Assembly (NCBI GenBank): GCA_965242865.1
Contig: CBDETK010000013.1
Span: forward strand, 5,376,001-5,440,000
Length of the DNA: 64,000 nucleotides
Source of the DNA: Candidatus Latescibacterota bacterium
GTDB lineage: Bacteria > Latescibacterota > UBA2968 > UBA8231
Reading direction: 5' to 3'
Part shown: piece after piece, positions 27,740-37,199 of the stretch
Numbering within the stretch: position 1 is the first letter of the stretch
How the letters are laid out: each line of letters opens with the position of its first letter
Made by a program: the position numbers and the translations under genes
The notes under the pieces: model-generated
The model's database searches: none
Told to the model about the DNA's origin: nothing
The model's input: the letters and a program-made list of their open reading frames with translations, nothing else

Positions 27740-29521
27740 TTGCTAAGGTCGTATTCTCGTAGTTTTTCGCTGACATTTTTTCGCGTGATCGGCGCGTTGC
27801 TGTGGATGGCCTGCGGCCCGGAAGAGCCTTCAGAACCAGCGCCGACGCCCGAGTACGCCAAAGCACCGGCGGCCGACTACGCGGTCGGGCGCGGGCCGCC
27901 TGCGGCCCCGGCCGTGCGCTTCGTCGATGTGACGCGAGAGGCCGGTCTCGAATTTGAGCACGAGACCGGGGCGCGCGGCGACAAGTGGATGCCCGAAACC
28001 ATGGGCAGCGGTTGCGCGCTCTTTGACTACGATGGCGACGGCTGGCTCGACGTGCTCTTGGTCAACAGCCAAGGCTGGGGCGGCGAAAAGACCCCGGGCA
28101 AGCTCTATCGCAACCTCGGCAACGGCACCTTTGCCGACGCAACGGCCGGCGCGGGTCTAGACTTTTCAGTCTATGGCATGGGCGCGACGATTGCTGATTA
28201 CGACGCCGATGGCGACCCGGACATTTACCTGACGGCCTTGGGGCCGAACTTGCTGTTGCGCAACGACGCAGGTCGCTTTGTCGATGTGGCGCGAGAAGCA
28301 GGCGTGGCTGGTGTGCGCTGGCGGGACGACGCCGGTCACGAGAATCCCGAGTGGTCCACGGGCGCGGCTTGGGTCGATGTGGATGGCGACGGCTGGCTGG
28401 ATTTGTTGGTCGCCAACTACGTGCGCTGGTCGATCAGCACCGACATCTATACCTCGCTCGACGGCCGAGAAAAATCCTACGCCACCCCCCAGCAGTACCC
28501 CGGCTCAACGCCGCGGCTCTATCGGAATCTGGGCGGGGGCCGCTTCCGGGAGATAACCCAAGAAGCCGGCCTGCTGTTGCCCGAGGGCAAGTCCATGGGC
28601 GTGGCCATGACCGATTTTGAAGACGACGGCCGCATCGACTTGGTCGTCACCAACGACACCCAGCCCAATTTCCTATTGCACAACCTAGGCGGAGGCCGCT
28701 TTGCGGAGCGGGGGTTGGCCGCGGGCATCGGCTACGACGAGACCGGCCGGGCGCGCGCGGGCATGGGCGTCGATATTGCCTCGGTGGCCAACGACGGCGT
28801 GCTCTCCATTGCCATTGGCAACTTCAGCCGCGAGGCGCTCTCGCTCTATAGCCAAGCTGGCCGCGAGGTCTTCGTCGATGCGGCCGGCCGAGCGCGGCTG
28901 ATGCAGGCGACCCTGCGGCCGCTGACCTTTGGGCTGCGCTTTTTCGACTACGATCTCGACGGGTATCAGGATCTGATCTTGGCCAATGGGCACATCGAGC
29001 CGGAGATCAACTCGACGCAGAAGGAGATCGAGTACCAGCAGGTCCCGCAGTTGTTTTGGAACGACGGCGACGGGCGAATGGTCGAGGTGTCCGAGCAGAC
29101 CGGCGGACCGTTCCGCAAGCCGCTGGTGGCGCGCGGGCTGGCGGTCGGCGATATCGACGCGGACCGCGACTTGGATGTGCTGCTGACGACCAATGGCGGT
29201 CCGGCCTATCTACTCCGCAACGAAGGGCCGACCGGCCGCGCGGTGGCACTCAACCTGACGGGCAAGGCACCCAACCGAGACGCCATCGGCGCCAAGGTGA
29301 CCGCGCAGGTGGGCGAGCAGGCGCAGGTGTTCATGGTGCGCACGGGGTCTTCCTATCTGAGCCACAGCCCTACTACCCTGACCGTGGGCTTGGGCGAGGC
29401 CGAGCAGATCGACCGCTTGGAGATTCGCTGGCCCGATGGGACGGTGGAATCCCTCGAACAACTAGCGGCTGGGACGCGCTACGAAATCGCGCAGGGCGAG
29501 GGCATTGTGGAGACGCGGTAA
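27740..29521 (+). CDS. CRTAC1-family FG-GAP/ASPIC-UnbV protein, probable lipoprotein (start may be ~27785-27806)
   Basis: Multiple DxDxDG loops, FVDVT, RGLAVGDID, AIGAKV, GSSYLS, IRWPDG. Confidence 0.9.
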   Translation: MLRSYSRSFSLTFFRVIGALLWMACGPEEPSEPAPTPEYAKAPAADYAVGRGPPAAPAVRFVDVTREAGLEFEHETGARGDKWMPETMGSGCALFDYDGDGWLDVLLVNSQGWGGEKTPGKLYRNLGNGTFADATAGAGLDFSVYGMGATIADYDADGDPDIYLTALGPNLLLRNDAGRFVDVAREAGVAGVRWRDDAGHENPEWSTGAAWVDVDGDGWLDLLVANYVRWSISTDIYTSLDGREKSYATPQQYPGSTPRLYRNLGGGRFREITQEAGLLLPEGKSMGVAMTDFEDDGRIDLVVTNDTQPNFLLHNLGGGRFAERGLAAGIGYDETGRARAGMGVDIASVANDGVLSIAIGNFSREALSLYSQAGREVFVDAAGRARLMQATLRPLTFGLRFFDYDLDGYQDLILANGHIEPEINSTQKEIEYQQVPQLFWNDGDGRMVEVSEQTGGPFRKPLVARGLAVGDIDADRDLDVLLTTNGGPAYLLRNEGPTGRAVALNLTGKAPNRDAIGAKVTAQVGEQAQVFMVRTGSSYLSHSPTTLTVGLGEAEQIDRLEIRWPDGTVESLEQLAAGTRYEIAQGEGIVETR

Positions 29522-29546
29522 CACCCTATACTCCCGCAAAAGAACG

Positions 29547-29684
29547 TCACCCTGTGTCCTGACACGGGGCGGGATCCACACCGGAACCCCGCCCGCTGGA
29601 CGCCCGCTTGCGCGGGCGTGACGGCAACCACTCGCCCGAGACAAGACGCGCATGGTTGCGCTTGCGCGGGCGTGACGGCAACCA
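29547..29684. repeat. Cluster of GTCA-type REP palindromes
   Basis: CTGGACGCCCGCTTGCGCGGGCGTGAC (29596-29622); CGCTTGCGCGGGCGTGACGGCAACCA repeated at 29605 and 29659; extra hairpin at 29547-29570. Confidence 0.7.
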
Positions 29685-29707
29685 CCGGCTGACGCGGAGG
29701 ACGACAA

Positions 29708-31303
29708 ATGCAACTGCGCGACGTGAATACTACCGACATCGGCGACGCCATCCGCTTGGGGTGTCAGGCCATGGGCCGGGCTTTTAACGCCGATGACGCC
29801 GACCTGCCCTACGGCGGAGCGCAGGTGCGGCCCCAAGCCTTTTTGGCCGGCAGCATGGAAGGGCATATCCCGGGGCGTCACTTGAACGCTTTGCTGGCGG
29901 CTGAAGACGCCGTGGGCTTGGACTTGGACGAAGCGGTGATCGACAAGCACGCCCGTGCGGCTTTTTTCTCGTACAGCCGAGCACCCCTGCCCTTGCAGCG
30001 CATCGGCCAACACGCCCACGGCAAAGGGGATCCCATTGAGCTGCAAGAGCACAATTTGCGCGAAGGCTTCCACGCCCTGTACGCCTTGGCCGCGTTTCGC
30101 GGGTCGGAGCGGGCCATGGAATTGGCCGCGGCGAGCATTGAGTTGCTCTTCGATTATTGGGTGCCCAACGAGCAATGGGATCGGGTGCGTCTCGCACGCG
30201 ACACGCCGGTGCGCCTCCGCGATGGCGGCGCGGCGACCTTTATCCAAGGACCGGCGCGCGCCATTGGGCCGCTGGTCAAATTGTACCAAGCCACCGGGCA
30301 CCGGCCGGCCTTGGAGTTGGCCGCTGTGCTCAAGGACAAGGCCGTGCGCGAGTTCTTGCTCGACGCCGGCACCACCGAGCACTTTGGCTTACACGTGCAT
30401 TCAATTACCTGCGTGTTGTCGTCGCTGGCTCAGCTCGCCGAATGCACCGGGGATGCCGGGCTGATGCAGCGGGTCAAGCGGTTCTACGATGGCGAGCTGT
30501 GGGACTTGCGCGATCAGATCGGCTGGTCCATTGAGGTCTCGACCCGACCCACGTCCTGTCGCCGAGGCGAGGCCAACAATACCGGCGATATTATCGAGAC
30601 CGCGCTCATCTTGGGGCGTTGGGGGCACCCCGAGTACTATGCCGATGCCGAGCGCATGTTGCGCAGCCATTTGCTGCCATCGCAGTTGCGCGATGTCTCG
30701 TTTATCGTCGAGCCGGATAATCCCGACGGGGTGGATGGCAAGTGTGCAGTGGCGCACCGGCTGCGCGGCGGCTTTGGCTTTCCAGCGCCCTACGGGCACG
30801 AGCCGCTGGGGATCTGGCAGTCGGACAAGCCGCGCATTGGCTTTAATACCGACATTGTCGGCGGGGCTGTCGGCTCACTCGTGGCCGCGTATCAGGCTGG
30901 GGTGCGTCGCGATGGAGCGGGGCATTGGGTCGATATGCTGTTCGACAGCGAGACCGATGCCTTGGCCGTGCAGTCGCCCTATACGCATTCGCGCCTAGCG
31001 GTTAAGGTCAAGCGGCCGGGGGCTTTGCATGTGCGGCTGCCGGCTTGGGTTGAGGTAGAGGGGGGGATGGGGCCACAAGAGGCACAAAGAGCACAAGGGT
31101 TGCCTTGGGTTGAGGAGGGGGGGTATGCGGTGATTGGGGAGCCGCCGGTAGGACGCTGGATCGGCTTTGCGCTCGACTTGCCCGTTCACGAGACGACCCT
31201 GACTTGGCGCGACAGTGTCATCCGCGCCCGCCTGCGCGGCGACGAGGTAGTCGCGATGGATAACTTTGGCACGGACCTGACCTTTTTCCCGCCGTTTGAT
31301 TGA
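29708..31303 (+). CDS. Hypothetical protein, six-hairpin glycosidase (GH127/146-like) fold suspected
   Basis: HVHS, GEANNTGD, YADAERMLRSHLL, LHVRLPAW resemble GH127 layout; GGAGG RBS. Confidence 0.6.
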   Translation: MQLRDVNTTDIGDAIRLGCQAMGRAFNADDADLPYGGAQVRPQAFLAGSMEGHIPGRHLNALLAAEDAVGLDLDEAVIDKHARAAFFSYSRAPLPLQRIGQHAHGKGDPIELQEHNLREGFHALYALAAFRGSERAMELAAASIELLFDYWVPNEQWDRVRLARDTPVRLRDGGAATFIQGPARAIGPLVKLYQATGHRPALELAAVLKDKAVREFLLDAGTTEHFGLHVHSITCVLSSLAQLAECTGDAGLMQRVKRFYDGELWDLRDQIGWSIEVSTRPTSCRRGEANNTGDIIETALILGRWGHPEYYADAERMLRSHLLPSQLRDVSFIVEPDNPDGVDGKCAVAHRLRGGFGFPAPYGHEPLGIWQSDKPRIGFNTDIVGGAVGSLVAAYQAGVRRDGAGHWVDMLFDSETDALAVQSPYTHSRLAVKVKRPGALHVRLPAWVEVEGGMGPQEAQRAQGLPWVEEGGYAVIGEPPVGRWIGFALDLPVHETTLTWRDSVIRARLRGDEVVAMDNFGTDLTFFPPFD

Positions 31304-31320
31304 GCCGACCCCGGCCCTTG

Positions 31321-32400
31321 CTAGTCGGCTAATTCGCGGCCCCGGCGGTTGGCGATGGAGCGCGGCGTTAGGTCGAAGAGGGTTTCGTGCCCGTGGAAGA
31401 AGCGGTCGAGCTCATCGACCATGAGCTCAAAAAAGCGCGGGTAGCTCTGCTCGGTCACGCCGGCGATGTGCGGCGTGAGAAAGACGTTGTCGAGGTGGAG
31501 AATCTCCCGGTCGCCATACGCGTTGTCCGCGCCCACGTCCGGGTCGAACACGTCTAGACCGGCGACGATGTCGCCCCGCTTGAGCCGCCGCACCAGCGCG
31601 TCCGAATCAACCACTTTACCCCGCGACACATTGACGAACACCGCGCCCGGCCGAATGAGGTCTAGCTCCCGTTGCCCAATCATGCGCTCGGTGCGCGGGG
31701 TGTGCGGAGCTAGGCAGACGATGGCGTCGCACTGAGCCATGACGTTGTCCAACGAGGTTTTGAGGAAGCCGACCGCGTCGGCCATCTCCCGCGCCAAATA
31801 GGGATCGCACACCCACACTTGGGTTCGGAAGGGGCGCAAAAACTGGATCAGCCGCCGGCCAATGTGCCCGCAGCCGATCAGGCCGACTCGCTTCCCGGTC
31901 AGATCGCCGTGGATAAAGCCAAAGTCGTTGGGCGGACGGGGGCGCACATCGCCGGCGATGAGGCGGCGGAATTGGGCCCCGGCGTTGCGCAGGGCAATGA
32001 GGATGAGGGCCAAGGCCCACTCGGCCACCGGATACGAAGAGCCATTGGTCGTATCCACCGTGCAGACGCCCCGCGCCCAAGCGGCTTCGACGTCGATGCG
32101 GCTGGCAAAGCGGTCGCCTTCTAGCTCGCCGATGATCTTCAGATTGGGTGCTCGGTCCAAGAGCGCGGCGTCGATCGTGGGGCAGCCGTGGCAGACGACC
32201 AAGCCGTCGCAACGGCCTAGCCGCTCGCCGAGTGCTTGGGCGATGGCCGGGTCGGCGTTGGTGTCGTAAATGCCGCCGCCTTCGCATTTAAACCAATCCC
32301 AATCGGCAAAGGCTTTGAGGCGGTCGAGATCAGCGGTGGCGAGGTATTGCTCGCGGACGTGCTGGTTGCAGGCGATGAGTATTTGCGGGCGGGTGTGCAT
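31321..32400 (-). CDS. D-isomer-specific 2-hydroxyacid dehydrogenase
   Basis: VAEWAL, GLIGCGHIG, FVNVSRG, AGLDVF, LTPHIAG. Confidence 0.92.
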   Translation of the reverse strand: MHTRPQILIACNQHVREQYLATADLDRLKAFADWDWFKCEGGGIYDTNADPAIAQALGERLGRCDGLVVCHGCPTIDAALLDRAPNLKIIGELEGDRFASRIDVEAAWARGVCTVDTTNGSSYPVAEWALALILIALRNAGAQFRRLIAGDVRPRPPNDFGFIHGDLTGKRVGLIGCGHIGRRLIQFLRPFRTQVWVCDPYLAREMADAVGFLKTSLDNVMAQCDAIVCLAPHTPRTERMIGQRELDLIRPGAVFVNVSRGKVVDSDALVRRLKRGDIVAGLDVFDPDVGADNAYGDREILHLDNVFLTPHIAGVTEQSYPRFFELMVDELDRFFHGHETLFDLTPRSIANRRGRELAD

Positions 32401-32427
32401 GGGTTGCAAGTCTCCGTTGTGGCGGAG

Positions 32428-32506
32428 TTATCCGCCGATTTTCGGTATGGAGAGCACTTTACAAATCATTACGTCTGAGATGCCGTAGCAGTGCTCCTCT
32501 TTTCAC
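32428..32506 (-). pseudogene. hicA: HicA toxin with internal deletion
   Basis: GTG start overlaps the hicB stop; MKRGALLRHLRRN is joined out of frame to ICKVLSIPKIGG*; the central His-containing region is missing. Confidence 0.7.
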
Positions 32507-32718
32507 TGGACAACTACAATATCTTGTTCGGCGTCGTCGGGAAGACTTCGTAACGCATCTTCGAGACGGTCCTGAAAGATGAGCTCGATCGCGCTCGCCA
32601 GACTTTCTCGAGCCTCTTGCTTGGTGCGGCCTTGGCCGTTGGCACCCGGCACCTCTGGACAATATGCGATGTGCCATTCGCCATCTCGTTCAAAAATTGC
32701 CGTATAGGTATTGCTCAT
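32503..32718 (-). CDS. hicB: HicB-family antitoxin
   Basis: YTAIFERDGEW.IAYCPEVPGANGQGRTK.EARESL..AI. Confidence 0.9.
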   Translation of the reverse strand: MSNTYTAIFERDGEWHIAYCPEVPGANGQGRTKQEARESLASAIELIFQDRLEDALRSLPDDAEQDIVVVQ

Positions 32719-32841
32719 GGTTCAAACCTTTCGTGCCAACTTAGGCGGAGAAATCATCGTGAAAATACTCAGCCGAGCAACTCCCTGCGCCGTCTCGCGG
32801 CCCATCGGCCCCCAATTTAGCGCTGGAAGCGTAGGCATGGC

Positions 32842-33126
32842 TTACGAGGGCCAAAACCGCAAGACGATATTCAGTAGAGCTAAACCGGAAGTCATCACTA
32901 CAACCAGAATTTTGACGCTGCCCTTGAGCTCGGCCATCTCGGCCTGCAATCGCGCCATATCATCCTTGAGGCCGCTCTCAACGCGCGTAATCTCGGCCTG
33001 TAATCGCGCCATATCATCCTTTAAGACCGCTCTCAACTCGGCAAGGTCTGCTTTGGACGCGAGATGGTCATACACGCCTTCGAGCCGGGCTAGACGCTCC
33101 TCAATCGTCGGGGGCACGGTAGCCAT
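32842..33126 (-). CDS. Small coiled-coil protein with TM anchor, copy 2 (one 11-aa repeat fewer)
   Basis: Same protein as 27144-27461 except for a 33-bp deletion. Confidence 0.75.
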   Translation of the reverse strand: MATVPPTIEERLARLEGVYDHLASKADLAELRAVLKDDMARLQAEITRVESGLKDDMARLQAEMAELKGSVKILVVVMTSGLALLNIVLRFWPS

Positions 33127-33269
33127 AATCAATGCGCTCCTTAATCGTTGGACTTATGAACATACGGGACGAGATTGAGCCGCGTCAATGAAAAATCGGC
33201 AGTGGATTGCTGGCGGCCCCCTATCCGCAGCTTATCCTTGTAAAATCACCATCTGATGGGTAATATACG

Positions 33270-34469
33270 ATGTTGTTGTACGCCTTTATGGAAAGGTGCC
33301 TCGTGGTCATCCCCCGTTTTGCCCAAAACAGTGTGCTCGCGGCGCTGGCGCAGTTCCCGGCCGTCGCGTTGGTCGGCCCGCGGCAGTGCGGCAAGACGAC
33401 CTTGGTCCGCATGCTCGACCTGTTGCCCGCGCCCGTTTTTTTCGACTTAGAGGATCCGCGGCACCGGCTGATCTTGGAAGACCCCTTGCGGGCGTTGCAG
33501 GCTGGCGAACTCGTCGTCATTGATGAAGCGCAGCGCATGCCGGAGTTGTTTCCCGTTTTGCGGGTGCTCATCGACCAGAACCGTCGCCCTGGGCAATTCC
33601 TCCTGCTCGGTTCGGCCACGCCCGACCTGCGTCGGCAGAGTGCGGAAAGTCTGGCTGGCCGGTTGCTGACCCTAGAGCTGACGCCGTTCACCGCCGCAGA
33701 GGTCGTCCCCGACCGCTGCTCGTTGGAAGGGCTGTGGGAACGCGGGGGCTTTCCCCTGTCGCTGCTAGCCGCCACGAGCGAGCAGAGCGTTTTGTGGCGT
33801 CAGCAGTATGTGCGCGACATAACCGAGCGCGATTTGCGGCTTTTGGGGTTTGATCTGCCGCCGGCGAGAATGTATCGCTTCCTGCAAATGCTGGCCCACA
33901 ACCACGGCCAACGCTGGAATGCCAGCCAACTGGCGCGCAGTCTCGAAATCGGCGCCACGACCGCCGGGCGCTATCTCGATGTCATCCAGCAAACCTATCT
34001 CGTGCGGTGTCTGCCGCCCTACCTGCGGAACTTGGGAAAACGCCTTACGAAATCCCCCAAGGTGTACATCCGCGACTCGGGCATCCTCCATTCTCTGCTC
34101 GCCCTGCAAAGCCGCGAACAGGTGCTTGGACATCCCGTAGCCGGTTATAGCTGGGAGGGTTTTGTCGTGGAGCAGTTTGCCGCGGCGCTGCCGCTTGGTT
34201 GGGAGTTGGCCTTTTGGCGCACGGCGGCCGGCGCGGAAATCGACTTGGTCCTGCTGCACGGCGGGCACCCGGTCATCGCGGCCGAAATGAAGATGAATAC
34301 CACTGACCCCCGCTCCGGTAGAGGGTTTTACGAAGGATGTAAGGATCTGGCCCCGCGTGAAAAGTGGGTCGTCTATCCCGGCGATGAGACCTTGGCCTTG
34401 CCCAATGGGGTGCTGGCCCTGCCGTTGGCCGAGGCCATAGAGCGGTTTGGGTCCATGGCTCAGCCGTGA
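33270..34469 (+). CDS. AAA_14 ATPase with DUF4143 domain (start uncertain)
   Basis: GPRQCGKT, IDEAQ, LLGSA, ESLAGR, GGFP, KSPKVY..DSG, EIDL. Confidence 0.88.
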   Translation: MLLYAFMERCLVVIPRFAQNSVLAALAQFPAVALVGPRQCGKTTLVRMLDLLPAPVFFDLEDPRHRLILEDPLRALQAGELVVIDEAQRMPELFPVLRVLIDQNRRPGQFLLLGSATPDLRRQSAESLAGRLLTLELTPFTAAEVVPDRCSLEGLWERGGFPLSLLAATSEQSVLWRQQYVRDITERDLRLLGFDLPPARMYRFLQMLAHNHGQRWNASQLARSLEIGATTAGRYLDVIQQTYLVRCLPPYLRNLGKRLTKSPKVYIRDSGILHSLLALQSREQVLGHPVAGYSWEGFVVEQFAAALPLGWELAFWRTAAGAEIDLVLLHGGHPVIAAEMKMNTTDPRSGRGFYEGCKDLAPREKWVVYPGDETLALPNGVLALPLAEAIERFGSMAQP

Positions 34470-37090
34470 CTGGACGACTGATCGCTCGCCTCGCCGGTGC
34501 CGCCCTGCTGCTCGGCGGCTTGGCCTTCAATCCGCTGGCCCTAGCGCATTTTTTTGGCGAGCCGCCGCTGGGCACTGAGGGTATCATCGCCCTCCAGATC
34601 GCCGCGATTGTGAGCGGCGGTTGGCTCGTTTGGCGCGGCCCTCGGCTGCCGCTGGTTCCCATCGCGCTCCTCGCGGTTGCCTTGGGCGCGCTGGCCGTTG
34701 TCGGGGGATACGGCACGGCCCGCTCCCTGCAAAAGGCGCGCGACCGCAACCGGCTCTTGGCCGCTATCGACCGCAGCGAACAAGTGCAGCAGCACCTCAG
34801 CGGCGAGGCCCTGCCGCTGCTCGCCTTGGGGATCTACCAAGGCCAACTGCCGGCGGCCCCGGCTCGCACGCTTTTTGCCGCTACGGTGGTGGTCGCGGAC
34901 GTGGTGCCGAACACAGAGGCGACCCAAGTCGTCCCGGCCTTGGGCATTAAACGCCAGCACTGGAAGATCGCTCCCGCCGAGCCGGTTTCCGCCGCCGACA
35001 TCGCGCTGTGGGAGCCGCTTTGGGCCGCGCTGGAGGGGTGCGATTATGCGGCCTTCCACATTGAGACCGGGCAGTTCCTCGACGCGGCGGGCGCGATCTA
35101 CCAAGCCCGCTTGCGCTTTGACGCCTCGGCGCAGACCAAGGACGGGGAGCGGGCGCAAATTCGGGCTGGGCTGAGGCTAGCGTGGCAGCAACAGGACGAT
35201 GCCGCTTGGCGGATTCAGCGCTGGGAGACCGAATCGCTGGAGACGCTCACGCGGCCGCACGCCCTGTTTGCCGGAGTTCTCGACGAGGCCCTCCCCGCTC
35301 AGGCTAGGGTTTCGCGCCACGCGGAACTGGTGCTCCAGTCGTTTCGCGACTCCGCGTTCGTCGCGCCGCACCGCTATTTCACGCGCCAAGCCTTTGATCG
35401 CCATCCCGGCATCAGCGTCGTAGATATCGACGCCGATGGGTACGACGACCTGTACCTTGCCGTGCGCCGAGGTAGGAACATGCTGTTGCACAATGGCGGT
35501 GACGGCGCGTTCACCGAGCGGGCGGCCCACTACGGCCTCGATGTGGAGCACCACACGGCCGCGGCGCTCTTCGCCGACTTTGACAACGATGGCGACCCGG
35601 ATGTCTTCCTCGGCCGCACGCTCGCGCCCAGCCGCTACTTGGTCAATGAGTGCGGGCGTTTTGTTCCCCGCGACTTGGGTGCTGACGTATTGCCGTCCCT
35701 CGTAGCCTCGATCTCGGCAGCCGATTACGACCGCGACGGGCTGCTCGACGGGTACTTCTCCACCTATGCCGCGCGGATGGTGCTCGACGCAGTAACCGCT
35801 GCTCCTCGCGCCGCGCTATTGGCCGACTTCCTGCCGGCGGACCGCGCTCGGACGCTCTACGACCTGAGCCGCGACCGCATCGGCCAGCTCATCCGCGACG
35901 CGCCCGGGCCGCCCAATGTCCTGCTGCACAACCTCGGCAACGGACGGTTCGCGCCCACAGCCGCCGTGTGGCGCAATACCTTGCAGGCGACTTGGGCCGA
36001 TTACGACCGCGACGGCGACCCGGATCTCTACCTCGCCAACGACTTTGCCGCCAACAACCTGTTTCGCAACGACGGCGGGGTCTTGGTGGATGTCACTGCG
36101 GCGAGCAAGGCCGCGGACCCGGGCTTTGGCATGGGCGCGAGTTGGGCCGATTACGACGGCGATGGCCGCCAAGACCTGTACGTGACCAACATGCACAGCA
36201 ACGCCGGGCGCCGCATCACGGCCGCGGCGGGGCCGGCGGGCGCGGCTTTTGCCCGGTTGGCTCGGGGCAGCTCCCTGTTGCGGAACAGCCGGGCGGGCTT
36301 TGTCCGGGTTGCGGATTCGCCGGTGGAGGACAGCGGCTGGGGTTGGGGCGGCCAATTTTTGGACTTTGACAACGACGGCGATCTCGACATCTACGCCCCG
36401 AGCGGGTACTACACCCCGCCGGCCGCCGTGGCCCTGCCCGAGGATACCTGAAGCCTGTTTTGGCGCACGGTCGTGCGCCATGGTCGGACGGACGGGGCGT
36501 ACAACGTAGGAGCGCGGCTCGACGCGGGGGCCTCGCTCAGCGGCTACCAGCGCAACCGGCTATTCCTCAATGTGGAAGGCCGCGCCTTCCTCGATGTGTC
36601 GGGCTTGTCCGCGGCGGATTCGCCGGCCGATGGCCGCGCCTTTGCCACCTTGGACTTCGACCGCGATGGCCGCATTGACTTGGCCATCGTCAATGCCAAC
36701 GAGCCGCTCTGCGAGCTGTTTGCCAATCGCAGCAAGGCGGGGCACTTCCTCGCGGTGCGCTTTGTCGGGGGCAATGACCGCGCCGCGCCCACGAGCGCGT
36801 GGAGTGTGCGCGATGGCTATGGCGTGCAAGTGGAAGTGGAGGTCGACGGACGGACGTTACTGCGCGAGCACCGCGCCGGCGAGGGCTTTTCGGCCCAGAA
36901 CAGCGCGACCCTGATCGTCGGTCTAGGTGATCATCCGCAAGCGGACGCCCTGCGCGTACATTGGCCTTCGGGGCGAGTGCAGCGCGCAACCGACGTGGCG
37001 GCCGGGACGCTATTGACCGCGTACGAAAATCCCCGGCACTCGCCTACGGGGGCGGCGTTTGTAGTGGGGCCGTATCGCGGCACACCGTAA
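34466..37090 (+). CDS. CRTAC1/ASPIC-UnbV FG-GAP protein read through an in-frame UGA (36449-36451), probable selenoprotein
   Basis: ORFs 34466..36451 and 36473..37090 share one frame with no other stop; the junction reads EDT-UGA-SLFWRTVV; the FG-GAP repeats continue into the ASPIC-UnbV tail. Confidence 0.78.
36461..36480 (+). promoter_or_regulatory. Candidate SECIS hairpin
   Basis: Perfect 8-bp stem UGGCGCAC-GGUC-GUGCGCCA, 9 nt after the UGA; same GGUC loop as the fdhF SECIS. Confidence 0.7.
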
Positions 37091-37187
37091 GGGCGATTGC
37101 GGGGTAGTTGCGCGTTGGCTGCATCGGTAGGATATTGACAAGACGTAACGACGGTGCTAATGGCATCATGAGACAAGATATAGAATA
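36907..37187 (+). repeat. Direct repeat, left copy (gene 3' end plus promoter); right copy at 46663-46946
   Basis: GACCCTGATCGTCGG...GGATATTGACA...TAGAATA shared between the copies. Confidence 0.9.
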
Positions 37188-37199
37188 CTTAGAGGAACC

